From: Bacteroidia bacterium
GTDB lineage: Bacteria > Bacteroidota > Bacteroidia > NS11-12g > UBA955
Direction of reading: 5' to 3'
Length of the DNA stretch: 64,000 nt
Assembly (NCBI GenBank): GCA_044373665.1
Contig: JBIPNH010000002.1
Span: 3,421-67,420 of the forward strand
The notes under the pieces are model-generated. The model saw nothing but the letters and a program-made list of their open reading frames with translations. It did not search any database and had not been told where the DNA came from. Made by a program: the position numbers and the translations under genes. Positions 19,844 to 29,446 of the stretch are shown piece by piece; position 1 is the first letter of the stretch; each line of letters opens with the position of its first letter.

Positions 19844-21676
19844 TTGAGATTTGTACTCATAATATTGTTATTGGCTTTTACCAAAAGCGCACTCGCAACT
19901 CATATAGTGGGCGGTGAAATGAATTATACATATTTTGGTAACAGACAGTTTAGAATAGTTCTGAAATTGTATGTCGACTGTGTGTTTGGTCAAGCGGGCG
20001 CTATAAGAGACGATGAATATGCAAGAATTGGCGTTTTCTCTAAAGACAATGATAGCTTAATGAATGGGTTAAGTTTTATGATAAAACGAAAACCACCTGT
20101 AAGGGTTTCCAAAACCAATTATAATTGTATTGCCATACCTCCAAATGCCTGTATCGATGCTTATGATTACGATACTATAATTACCTTGCCCGAACATAAA
20201 GGGGGTTATGTGTTGTCTTTTCAGCGATGCTGTAGAAATAATACCATCAAAAACATCATTTCTCCCCAATCAACAGGTGAAAATATTTGGACTTTTATCA
20301 ATGATTTCGACTCTATAGGAAACAATAGTAGCCCCTATTTTAAGCAATTGCCTCCTAATTTTCTGTGTACGAATGCCCCTTTAATATTTGACCATTCTGC
20401 TACCGATGCCGATGGGGATAGTTTGGTCTATGAGTTTTTTCATCCTTATACCGGTGGTACCCAATTTAATCCAAGGCCCAATGTTGTTAATTATGAATCG
20501 CCACCCTTTAGTCAAATTGTTTATGAATCAGGATATGGTTTTGCCGATGCTATTAATTCACAGCCTAAAGCCACCATCAATGCTAAAACAGGTATTCTCA
20601 AAATTACTCCAACTTTAAATGGTCAGTTTGTTGTTGGAATAGTTGTTAAAGAATACCGAAACGGACGTTTAATTGGTTACACTTTTCGCGACTTTCAATT
20701 CAATGTTCAAGAATGTGTGTTTGAAACAACATCTGCTTTTACTTCACCCGATATTAATTGCGATAAGCAAGTTGTGTTTAATAACACCAGTCAAAATGCG
20801 ACTCGGTTTTTTTGGAATTTTGGTGACACTTCTACTACCGCTGATACTTCTAGTGATAAAGTAGGGCGCTATACTTACCCTTTTATTGGCGACTATAATG
20901 TAATTTTAATTGCAGCTAACGGAAATTGTGTAGATACCATTATAAAAACAATCACTATTTATGACAAAATAGATTTTAAGTTGCCCAATGATACTTTTTT
21001 ATGTTCAGGTGCTAGTTATCTTGTTAAACCTAATCAATTTTATGACAAAACACAATACAGTTGGTCTGATGGTTCAACAGATTCGGTATTATTGGTTAGT
21101 CAAAAAGGATTGTATTGGCTCAAAATGCAAAGAATAAATTGTGTTTTTACCGACAGTATTTATATTGATTTGGACAGTTTGAAAATAAGCTTAGTTCTAG
21201 ATAGTTTACACTGTAATTTAAATGATTTTGATTATATAGGAAGTGTTCAGGTAAAGGGAGCTTTTAATACAATAAATTGGTTATCGGAACCTCAACAATT
21301 TTTGCCCAATTCAAAGGATACAATTGTCAATGTTTTAAAAGCGGGAAAAGTATATGTTTCAGGTATTAAAACAAATGGATGTAGCTATGGTGAAGTGATA
21401 GAAATTCCAGATTTCAAAAAGAGTAATACCATTAAAATTCCCAATGTATTTACACCTAATGGCGATTTTATAAACGAGTATTTCCCCGAACAAAATGCCA
21501 ACTATTTGTATGATTTAAAAATATTTAACCGTTGGGGACTCTTGATGTTTGAGTCGAGCAATAAGCCTTGGGATGGTGGATTGGCTTATGATGGTGTCTA
21601 TTATTACTTTATAACAATAAAGGACTGCAACTTACAAGAGCAAATTCATGGCGTTATCCATTTAATTGGAGACTAA
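19844..21676 (+). CDS. T9SS type-B sorting-domain (gliding-motility-associated C-terminal domain) protein with PKD-like domain
   Basis: TTG start and a signal peptide. The PKD-like motif is FNNTSQNATRFFWNFGDTS. C-terminal IPNVFTPNGDFINEYF...FNRWGLLMFES...WDGG...GVYYYFI is the CHU_C/type-B CTD signature. Confidence 0.8.
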   Translation: MRFVLIILLLAFTKSALATHIVGGEMNYTYFGNRQFRIVLKLYVDCVFGQAGAIRDDEYARIGVFSKDNDSLMNGLSFMIKRKPPVRVSKTNYNCIAIPPNACIDAYDYDTIITLPEHKGGYVLSFQRCCRNNTIKNIISPQSTGENIWTFINDFDSIGNNSSPYFKQLPPNFLCTNAPLIFDHSATDADGDSLVYEFFHPYTGGTQFNPRPNVVNYESPPFSQIVYESGYGFADAINSQPKATINAKTGILKITPTLNGQFVVGIVVKEYRNGRLIGYTFRDFQFNVQECVFETTSAFTSPDINCDKQVVFNNTSQNATRFFWNFGDTSTTADTSSDKVGRYTYPFIGDYNVILIAANGNCVDTIIKTITIYDKIDFKLPNDTFLCSGASYLVKPNQFYDKTQYSWSDGSTDSVLLVSQKGLYWLKMQRINCVFTDSIYIDLDSLKISLVLDSLHCNLNDFDYIGSVQVKGAFNTINWLSEPQQFLPNSKDTIVNVLKAGKVYVSGIKTNGCSYGEVIEIPDFKKSNTIKIPNVFTPNGDFINEYFPEQNANYLYDLKIFNRWGLLMFESSNKPWDGGLAYDGVYYYFITIKDCNLQEQIHGVIHLIGD

Positions 21677-21677
21677 T

Positions 21678-22952
21678 TTATTTACTTCGCATCGCTTCTA
21701 CAGGTTGAAGCTGCCCTGCTTTGTACGCAGGAATAAATCCAGAAAGTAAACCGATAACGGATGAAAAAGCAAGTCCAATCAATACATTTTCTTTGGTTAC
21801 TAGTAATCTAAAGTTGGATTCAAACTGACTTTCTATAATGACATTCAATAACATTGAAAATCCAAATGTGATTAACAAACCAATAATTCCTCCCATTACA
21901 CTTAATAACACAGATTCTGTAAGAAACTGAATGATAATAAACTCATTTTTAGCGCCTAATGCTTTTTGTATTCCTATTATGGCTGTTCTTTCTTTAACCG
22001 AAACAAACATAATATTAGCCACCCCAAAACCACCAACGAGTAGAGAGAACAATCCAATAACTAATCCAAATTTATTGACACTTTTAAAGAAATCACCAAT
22101 GGTTTCAGTCAAAAAGGAAATTCTGTTTAATGAAAAATTATCGTCTTGCGAAGGTTTTAATTTTCGAATGGTTCGCATCGTTCCTCTAATTTCCTCATTC
22201 ACTGCTATTTCATTCACATTCTCTTTTACTTTTATAATCAACTTTCCTCCGCCTTTTTTACCAGTAGCGTATTCTAAAAAACGAATAGGAACTACCATCT
22301 TATCATCAAAATCAATATTGATTAAATTGTCTCCTTGAAACTTGAAAACACCAATTACTTTAATGGGTTTGCCAAAAGCGGTAATGGTTTTTCCAATGAT
22401 ATCTTCATCAGTGGCTAATCCCTTGGCAACATTTGCGCCAATAACAGCAACCGCTAATCCATTTTGGTCTTCGTAAGGATTAAAAAATCGCCCTTTTTCG
22501 AGTTCTATTTCTTCTATTTTTACAAAATCATAAGTGTAACCATCCACGGTTACATCTTCAACCTCATTATTGTCGTGTTTAATGGTCGACCTAGAGGAAT
22601 AGGAATAAGAAAGTGCCTCAAAAAAATGGTTGACCGGATATTGCTTTAGGGTTTTTAATTCTTCTAAATTAGAGTCAGGACGTTTTAAATATTCCCACCA
22701 AGGGTAATCGCTGCCACCGCCACTCCATTCCCATTTGTCTATATAAATAACATTTTTACCCAAGGATTGAACACTGTTTTTGATGTTTGCCTCTAATGAA
22801 TCAACAAGAGTAAAAACTAAAATAACCAAGAAAATACCAATGGTTATGCCAATTACAGATAAAAATGAACGCAGTTTGTTACTCAATAGTGATTGAACTG
22901 CAAACTTTGCACTTTCATTAACTAGTCGGTAGTATAAGGTCCATTTGTTCAA
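21678..22952 (-). CDS. ABC transporter permease (MacB/FtsX-like) without adjacent ATPase
   Basis: 424 aa. N-terminal TM, a large periplasmic MacB-like domain and a C-terminal FtsX 3-TM bundle (ERTAIIGIQKALGAKNEFII). TTG start. Confidence 0.85.
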   Translation of the reverse strand: MNKWTLYYRLVNESAKFAVQSLLSNKLRSFLSVIGITIGIFLVILVFTLVDSLEANIKNSVQSLGKNVIYIDKWEWSGGGSDYPWWEYLKRPDSNLEELKTLKQYPVNHFFEALSYSYSSRSTIKHDNNEVEDVTVDGYTYDFVKIEEIELEKGRFFNPYEDQNGLAVAVIGANVAKGLATDEDIIGKTITAFGKPIKVIGVFKFQGDNLINIDFDDKMVVPIRFLEYATGKKGGGKLIIKVKENVNEIAVNEEIRGTMRTIRKLKPSQDDNFSLNRISFLTETIGDFFKSVNKFGLVIGLFSLLVGGFGVANIMFVSVKERTAIIGIQKALGAKNEFIIIQFLTESVLLSVMGGIIGLLITFGFSMLLNVIIESQFESNFRLLVTKENVLIGLAFSSVIGLLSGFIPAYKAGQLQPVEAMRSK

Positions 22953-23021
22953 AGTATGGCAATTTTAAGTGTATTTTAGCAATTATTTAGTTTCATTCGA
23001 TAGAATCTTTGAATTCACACA

Positions 23022-25190
23022 TCAACGTTTTAATAATTTGAAAACATAAGGGCCTGAATTTTCGCTTTTAACCACAACAGTATAAATACCATCAGCAATA
23101 TCTTGGATGTTTATTTGATGGCTGTTGATATCGATTATATCAGATTGATGCATTACCAAATCGCCAAGTGTGTTGTAGATAGAAATACTTGCATTCTGAA
23201 TTATGACATTTCCTTTGAATGTAATATACTGTTGACTTGGATTTGGATAAAAAAACAAATTATTGGTGTTGTAAAAGGCATTAATTCCGGCATATTGTAG
23301 AGACAATAATACTGCTTCATAAGCATTGACTTTGCCATGTCCATAATTATTATTGGGTGTTGCTCCAGTCCATTGATCCTCTGTGGCAGTTTGTTCTAAA
23401 ATTTCCATGACTTGATAGGCATTAAGATTGGGATTTGCCTCTAACATTAAGGCCACTATGCCAGTTGCATGTGGAGCTGCCATTGAGGTTCCACTCGAAG
23501 CTGCCCAATATTGCGTATCTCCTCGGAATGTAGTTTTTAATAATGTTCGATCACTCATCCAAGATGCCATTTGCAAGTTGTTGTAGGATGAAGGAACATT
23601 GAATCCTGGTGCAACAATGTTTGGTTTTATACGACCATCTACGGTAGGTCCCCTGCTAGAAAAGGAAGCCAAACTACCCGGAAAAGCATAAGCAGAATCA
23701 TTCACTAACTTGCCTTTAATATTTGTAAATGAAGAACGTGCTGCTGAAGCACCAACAGAAATTACAGCTTTAGATGTACCGCCATTTTCACCTGCAGTAT
23801 AGTTGGAATTGCCTTTAATAAAAGAGTTTTCATAATTCCATTTTCCCCATTTATTCGTGAATGAACCACTTGTCCAGTCTCTTGCAGCACCGCTGTTCCA
23901 TGCATGAATTTCAGCTGAATCCGAGGTAATATTCACTTTAAAAATATAAAGTCTTCTGTTTGAGCTTTCTGCACTTAACGTAATGTTGGGCTTGTTATTA
24001 AGAGGGTAGTTTGCTTGGTTTTGGAATGAAATCTTAAACTGATTATTTTGATGAGATAAAGTATAAGAGCGGTTGATTTCATTTGAATACACAAAGGGTG
24101 TTTCTCTTACTATTTGCAAATGAGTGTCTAATACCTGAACCTGAATGCTAAAACGGCTGTTTTTACTTCCCCAAAAATCACAGTAAATACTCTCACGACC
24201 TCGCCATTGTCGATTGTTCTCGATAGCAAGTGTGGAAATAGTATCCTTGTTGAATTTGTAATTTAAGTGCATTGGGTTTTCACCATCATTGCCATTGGCA
24301 CCAACAATTATTTTGCCATTACCTACCAATTGTTCTGTGGCAATATCGAACAAACTAGTGCCATCATGCGGACCAGTATGCATACCCCAACTTAAGTTAA
24401 TAACGGCCGGTTTGTCTACCGAAGCTGCGTAGTCGAAAATATATTTATAAGCATCGATAATACTTGGATTAGCAATCACATAATCGCCCAAAGCACTTCC
24501 TCTTAGTGAGTCGTTACTGTATTTAATGCTTACAAATACTAATTCAGACTCGGGTGCTACTCCTCTATATTGTCTATTAGGCGTTGAGAAACCACTGCCA
24601 GCAGCAATACCTGCCACATGGGTTCCATGACTGCCGTCGAGGTCATTGGCATTAATTATTGCAGTAGAATCTGTATATAAATTGCCATAATTATAACCAA
24701 TAGGTGGTGTTCCACTTTGTCCTTGATGCCAAAATCGAGAAATTCTTGTTTTTGTACCATCTTTATTAAAAAAATTAGGATTGTTGTTTTGGAAACCAAC
24801 ATCTACAATTCCTATAATGACGCCCTTTCCTTCAAAGTTTTTTGGCAATCCATTGTTGCTTCCATTATTAACTTTATCAACACTTGTAAAGGTTCTTTCT
24901 ATGTCGTTTAATGGGTGAATATTGACACCAACAAGTGCTTGTTCCATGTATAAAACCCCTTTAGTTTCTTGAATTACTTTGCTTAAATCTTCAGCAAAAT
25001 CTATCGTTAAAATAGATTTTAAACGACTGTTGATGTGAATGTCTAGATTCTTAAAACTGCTTTCATTGAAATTATTGTCTATCAATATCAAAGCTTGTTT
25101 GCGAATAATTGGATTGGTTTGGGCACTGCCAATGTTAACAGACAATAAAGTTATTAAAAGAAGATGAATTTTGAAGATATTAAAAACCAT
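23022..25190 (-). CDS. S8 subtilisin-family serine peptidase, T9SS cargo (type-A CTD)
   Basis: The catalytic triad context is GIVDVGF (Asp), DGSHGTHVAG (His) and SGTSMAAPHATG (Ser). The C-terminal GIYTVVVKSENSGPYVFKLLK is a T9SS CTD. Signal peptide present. Confidence 0.9.
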   Translation of the reverse strand: MVFNIFKIHLLLITLLSVNIGSAQTNPIIRKQALILIDNNFNESSFKNLDIHINSRLKSILTIDFAEDLSKVIQETKGVLYMEQALVGVNIHPLNDIERTFTSVDKVNNGSNNGLPKNFEGKGVIIGIVDVGFQNNNPNFFNKDGTKTRISRFWHQGQSGTPPIGYNYGNLYTDSTAIINANDLDGSHGTHVAGIAAGSGFSTPNRQYRGVAPESELVFVSIKYSNDSLRGSALGDYVIANPSIIDAYKYIFDYAASVDKPAVINLSWGMHTGPHDGTSLFDIATEQLVGNGKIIVGANGNDGENPMHLNYKFNKDTISTLAIENNRQWRGRESIYCDFWGSKNSRFSIQVQVLDTHLQIVRETPFVYSNEINRSYTLSHQNNQFKISFQNQANYPLNNKPNITLSAESSNRRLYIFKVNITSDSAEIHAWNSGAARDWTSGSFTNKWGKWNYENSFIKGNSNYTAGENGGTSKAVISVGASAARSSFTNIKGKLVNDSAYAFPGSLASFSSRGPTVDGRIKPNIVAPGFNVPSSYNNLQMASWMSDRTLLKTTFRGDTQYWAASSGTSMAAPHATGIVALMLEANPNLNAYQVMEILEQTATEDQWTGATPNNNYGHGKVNAYEAVLLSLQYAGINAFYNTNNLFFYPNPSQQYITFKGNVIIQNASISIYNTLGDLVMHQSDIIDINSHQINIQDIADGIYTVVVKSENSGPYVFKLLKR

Positions 25191-25545
25191 GGTATTCGCC
25201 TGTAAGTTTATGTAAAAAAGTAGAAGCTAATAATCTAACCCTTTCGAGAGCAATATTAGCACTAGGTCCGCTAAACATTTCATTGGTGGTAGTGGTAAAA
25301 TAATTCAACCATTTTTCGAAATGAATTTTTTCTAAATTTAGATGGATATGTTTTTCAAAAACATTGGTTTTGTAACCTTCTTTGTCGAGCAATACAAACG
25401 ACCAAAACGCCACTATTTTAGGCATGTGTTCTTCCAAATTCAAGTGAGAAAATTTAGGAGAGGTAATGGGGTCGTTCAATAAGTGTTTATAAAACGCAGT
25501 TTGCCATTGGTAAATATCGTTTTCAGTTTCAATGTCTTTGAGCAT
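25180..25545 (-). CDS. Group III truncated hemoglobin-like protein
   Basis: About 121 aa from the internal ATG at 25545. It is all-helical, and the pattern FY..L..DP...F...NLEEHMPKIVAFWSFVLL...H..L is recalled from trHb group III. A -7 box at 25557-25564 lies inside the longer ORF, which argues for the 25545 start. The stop overlaps the S8 ATG by 11 nt. Confidence 0.6.
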   Translation of the reverse strand: MLKDIETENDIYQWQTAFYKHLLNDPITSPKFSHLNLEEHMPKIVAFWSFVLLDKEGYKTNVFEKHIHLNLEKIHFEKWLNYFTTTTNEMFSGPSANIALERVRLLASTFLHKLTGEYHGF

Positions 25546-25556
25546 AGGATAAAACA

Positions 25557-25564
25557 CAAAAATA
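25557..25564 (-). promoter_or_regulatory. -7 promoter box TATTTTTG upstream of truncated-hemoglobin gene
   Basis: Perfect TAnnTTTG on the minus strand, 11 nt upstream of the ATG at 25545. Confidence 0.4.
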
Positions 25565-25616
25565 ATTAATAAGTGCTGAATAATATAGAAAAATATTATT
25601 ATCATTGCTATGTCTA

Positions 25617-27491
25617 ATGCGTGAGAGTAAATTTGTAGATCAAAACAAAGAGAAATGGCAACAATTCGAACTTGAATTAAAACAAGCTCAAAAAAACCCT
25701 AGTAAGTTAAGAGCTCAGTTAATTCAAATTACAGATGATTTGTCGTATGCTCGAACATACTACAAAAACCGGTCGGTGAAAATCTATTTGAATGGATTAG
25801 CGCAACTCATTTACCAATCAATTTATAAAAACAAATCAAACGTTTCTAAGTCAATCTATGATTTCTTTAAAACCGATGTTCCCAAAATTGTGTATTACGG
25901 TCGCAAAGAAATGTTGCTTTCTTTTGTTATTTTATTGGTTTCGGTTTTAATAGGGCTGTTTTCTTCGGCTAATGACGAGCAATTTGCACGCTCTATTTTT
26001 GGGGATGATTATATCAATCAAACGATTAAAAACATTGAAAAAGGAGATCCCCTTGGTATTTATAAGTCGAGCGATGCGTTCGAAATGTTTGTAAGTATAG
26101 CAACCAATAATTTAAGGGTTTCTTTGTTTGTGTTTTTGTTTGGATTGCTTTTTTCCTATGGTGCAATGGTCTTAATGATTCGCAACGGGGTAATGTTAGG
26201 CGCATTTATATATTTCTTTTATTCCCGAAATTTAATGGCAGAATTTAACCTAACAGTGTGGATGCATGGTAGTATAGAGATTTTGACTTTGGTTATAGAA
26301 ACACAAGCAGGAATGCTTTTGGGAAGGGGTTTGCTGTATCCCGGAACTTTGAGCAGAAGTAAGGCTTTTAGTGTTTGGGGAAAACGAGGTGCTATGTTGT
26401 TTTTAGCAGGTATTCCTTTTATTTTGTTTGCTGCTTTTGTTGAGTCTTTTCTCACCAGATTTACTGAAATTCCTGATGTATTTAGAGCTTCATTCATCTT
26501 GCTATCGGTTAGCTTAATGGTGTTTTACTTTGTTATTTATCCATACAATAAATTTAAAGATGTTAAAGATGTTGATTTAGGTGATGCCGATTATAAACCC
26601 GACGAAACTCTCGAGTTTGATAAAAATAGCATTTATTCCAATGGGGTCATATTTATGAAATCAATTGGTTTTTTAAAGAAATATTTCAATGCAATTTTGA
26701 TTTCTGTTCTAGCATGTTCTGTTCTGTTTTTTGCAAGTATTTACGCCTTTAATTTTAACGAAACAGTACGTCATTTTCAAGTGCTTTCTATCGATATTGA
26801 GGACATAAATATTTACAGTTTGATTAGTAAATTAGGGGCTAGTTATTCAAATTTTGGCATATTGCTTAATCACAATGAGGGGATAGTTCAGTATTTGCTA
26901 ATGTCCGTTTGGCAATTTGGTATAGTGTTTTTGGTTTGTAAGAAATTATTTAAAGAGTTTGAAATTCAATTTTCAGTTAAAAGATCAGTTATCGCCATTG
27001 CCTCCTTTATTTTGTCAATCAATTTGTTATTGCTAATAAATGGGTCCCTTGTGCTTATTGTTTATCTACTTTTATTTCCTGTTGCCTTATCAGGTATTTT
27101 TATTTACTTGTATTATTCCAACTTATACTCAGTAAGTGATGGTATAAAAATGGTGTTTCAAAGTGGATTAATTAAAACCCAATTGTTGTCCTTAACCATG
27201 GCATTTATCTGTACCATTAGTTTTGTGTTGTTAATGTCTCCCATAAGTTTTTTAATGGTTTGGTTAATCGAAATGAATGTTCAATTGTCACCCGAAAAAT
27301 ACACTTTATTGATTAAAAGTATTTTATTGTTTTTATTTGTCATAATAGTGAGTTTTCTTATCGCATTCCAAATTATTCAATTGCTAATAAACGCAATAAG
27401 CATAAGAGAAATAAATACTGCCACGGGTTTAAAAATGGCTATTCATCAATTAGGAAACACCAAGAAGGTATACGGTATAGAAACTGAATGA
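25617..27491 (+). CDS. SpoIIM-like (DUF95) polytopic membrane protein with additional C-terminal multi-TM extension
   Basis: About 624 aa from the ATG at 25617 (the ORF is open from a TTG at 25605). A cytosolic helical N-terminus (FVDQNKEKWQQFE) is followed by about 6 TM helices of the SpoIIM/DUF95 type. A further ~290 aa carry about 6 more TM helices. It is the first gene of the MoxR operon. Confidence 0.6.
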   Translation: MRESKFVDQNKEKWQQFELELKQAQKNPSKLRAQLIQITDDLSYARTYYKNRSVKIYLNGLAQLIYQSIYKNKSNVSKSIYDFFKTDVPKIVYYGRKEMLLSFVILLVSVLIGLFSSANDEQFARSIFGDDYINQTIKNIEKGDPLGIYKSSDAFEMFVSIATNNLRVSLFVFLFGLLFSYGAMVLMIRNGVMLGAFIYFFYSRNLMAEFNLTVWMHGSIEILTLVIETQAGMLLGRGLLYPGTLSRSKAFSVWGKRGAMLFLAGIPFILFAAFVESFLTRFTEIPDVFRASFILLSVSLMVFYFVIYPYNKFKDVKDVDLGDADYKPDETLEFDKNSIYSNGVIFMKSIGFLKKYFNAILISVLACSVLFFASIYAFNFNETVRHFQVLSIDIEDINIYSLISKLGASYSNFGILLNHNEGIVQYLLMSVWQFGIVFLVCKKLFKEFEIQFSVKRSVIAIASFILSINLLLLINGSLVLIVYLLLFPVALSGIFIYLYYSNLYSVSDGIKMVFQSGLIKTQLLSLTMAFICTISFVLLMSPISFLMVWLIEMNVQLSPEKYTLLIKSILLFLFVIIVSFLIAFQIIQLLINAISIREINTATGLKMAIHQLGNTKKVYGIETE

Positions 27492-28183
27492 AAATGAAAT
27501 TTTTACTTTTTGTGTGTTTGTTTTTGCTTAGTTCACAACTTTCAATGTCTAATAGTATGCTATTGGATTCAACTCAGAATTTGAGATATAATGAAGAAGG
27601 GTCAACAAGCTTAAATAAGTCGGAATGGAAAGTAAAAGCTAAGGATTTGCGATTTGATGAAGATACAATTGCCAAAGAAAAACAGAAACCCAAAACGTTT
27701 AAAGCAAAAACAAGTTTCGATTTTACACCTTTTAAATACTTTTTTTTATTAATAGCGATTGGTTTAATAGTATGGGTGTTGTATAGTATAATTAAGAATT
27801 TTAAGAACAGAAATGTAGTTAATAAACCTACTTTTATTTACAGTTACGAGGCTCCTGAAAAGGAAGAGTTAATGCAATTGAAAATTGATGATTTATTCAA
27901 TGATGCTTTAGCTAATAAAGAGTATGCACTGGCTTATCGATTAAAGTATTTACATGCGCTTAAACTATTGGTTTTAAAAAACATTATTTTGTACAAAAAA
28001 CACAGTACAAACTATGAGCTAATGTTGCAAATAAAGCCAAAAGAGATTCAAGATTTATTCAAAAAGTTAACTTTTAATTTTGATGGAATTTGGTACGGCG
28101 AAATGTTGCTTACAGAGCAAAGTTTAAATGAGCTAATGATTGTTTTTAATCAGTTTGAAATACTAATAAAAAGCCATAAATGA
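27488..28183 (+). CDS. Membrane protein, DUF4129-like
   Basis: 231 aa with a signal/anchor, a mid TM (FFLLIAIGLIVWVLYSII) and a C-terminal helical domain ending FNFDGIWYGEM, as recalled for DUF4129. An ATGA overlap links it to the upstream gene. Confidence 0.5.
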   Translation: MKMKFLLFVCLFLLSSQLSMSNSMLLDSTQNLRYNEEGSTSLNKSEWKVKAKDLRFDEDTIAKEKQKPKTFKAKTSFDFTPFKYFFLLIAIGLIVWVLYSIIKNFKNRNVVNKPTFIYSYEAPEKEELMQLKIDDLFNDALANKEYALAYRLKYLHALKLLVLKNIILYKKHSTNYELMLQIKPKEIQDLFKKLTFNFDGIWYGEMLLTEQSLNELMIVFNQFEILIKSHK

Positions 28184-29445
28184 AAAGAGATAAAGCGATA
28201 TGGATAACTTTGTTGGTCTTGGTTTCGGCAATTATGCTTTTTGTCTTTTTGCGCGAGGACAAAGAGAAATTTTCTTGGTATAAAACGTTTGAAAGTAGTA
28301 TGGTTCAGCCTTATGATTTTGGTGTCTTTGAGGCTTTAATACAAAATGAGGGAGAGATTAAATTTACAAGTGTAAAAGAGTCTTTAAATCAATATTTAGA
28401 TACCAATACAGTTGGTCAAACTTATTTGTTTGCAGGAGGTATTTGCTATTTGCGTGCCAGTGAAATTGATTCTTTACTGTCTTTTGCAAAAGCAGGCAAT
28501 CAATTGGTCTTTATTACCGAAGGTATTCCTGAACAGCTTTTAGAACTAGCCCTTGCTGACGAACAAGTATTGCTAGAAACGTATTTTCAAAATACAGTCA
28601 GTCTTAATCTAAATCAATCTATTTCAGCGCAGTTCAATGGTCGTAATCTTTTTCAGTTCAGAGGATTTAATAAAGATACGCTTGCCAATACCAATTGGAA
28701 TTATTTACAGTTCCCCAAGAATAATCTGTTTTTTGAATACATTCAGCCTCAGTATGATGTGTTAGGGTCTGTTGATTCAAATGTTAATTTTATCAGAATT
28801 TATTATGGTAAAGGTGAAATTTATGTTCACACCAACCCCCTTTTATTTAGTAATTATGCCTTAAAAAATGAGCGTGGTTTTGAATATGTCAATCAATGTT
28901 TGAATAGCATTAAGCTAACGAATGTAATATTTGATTATTCATCAAGAATCTATAAGAAAGATACTGATGTTTTAATGAAACAAGCGGCAACGCCATTGTC
29001 TTTTATTTTAAATAATCCTTCTTTAAAATGGGCTTGGTATTTGAGTTTGTTAAGTTTATTGCTTTTTTTGCTATTTGTTATTAAAAGGAAGCAAAGGCAA
29101 ATTCCAGTTTTGGAACAAAAGAAAAATACCACTTTGGGATTTATTGAAACGTTAAGCGCCCTCAGTTTCAGTCATGAGAACTCATACCAAATGGCAGAGC
29201 AAAAAATGCAATTGTTTTTGTATTTTGTGAGAACAAAATTGGGAATTGCAACCATGGATGTTAAAGCTGATGAAATTAAATTAATTGCAAAAAAATCGAA
29301 AGTCAATGAAAAAATAGTAGAGCGTATATTCGATTATTATTTTCAAGTCATAGATTACAAAAAAGAAAAAACAGACAATGCTAACTTGGCAGAGCTATAC
29401 AATAGAATAAATACTTTTTACAAACATTATAACAATAACCAATAA
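28180..29445 (+). CDS. Membrane protein, DUF4350-like
   Basis: 421 aa with an N-terminal TM, a ~270-aa extracytoplasmic domain, a second TM (WAWYLSLLSLLLFLLFVI) and a cytosolic tail. An ATGA overlap links it to the upstream gene. The assignment rests on architecture and operon context. Confidence 0.45.
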   Translation: MKRDKAIWITLLVLVSAIMLFVFLREDKEKFSWYKTFESSMVQPYDFGVFEALIQNEGEIKFTSVKESLNQYLDTNTVGQTYLFAGGICYLRASEIDSLLSFAKAGNQLVFITEGIPEQLLELALADEQVLLETYFQNTVSLNLNQSISAQFNGRNLFQFRGFNKDTLANTNWNYLQFPKNNLFFEYIQPQYDVLGSVDSNVNFIRIYYGKGEIYVHTNPLLFSNYALKNERGFEYVNQCLNSIKLTNVIFDYSSRIYKKDTDVLMKQAATPLSFILNNPSLKWAWYLSLLSLLLFLLFVIKRKQRQIPVLEQKKNTTLGFIETLSALSFSHENSYQMAEQKMQLFLYFVRTKLGIATMDVKADEIKLIAKKSKVNEKIVERIFDYYFQVIDYKKEKTDNANLAELYNRINTFYKHYNNNQ

Positions 29446-29446
29446 T

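Noticed and set aside
25546-25605. 20-codon N-terminal extension of the truncated-hemoglobin ORF (MIIIFFYIIQHLLIIFVFYP)
   Set aside because: A perfect -7 promoter box lies inside it, and the globin-like sequence starts at the internal ATG at 25545. The extension is probably untranslated.
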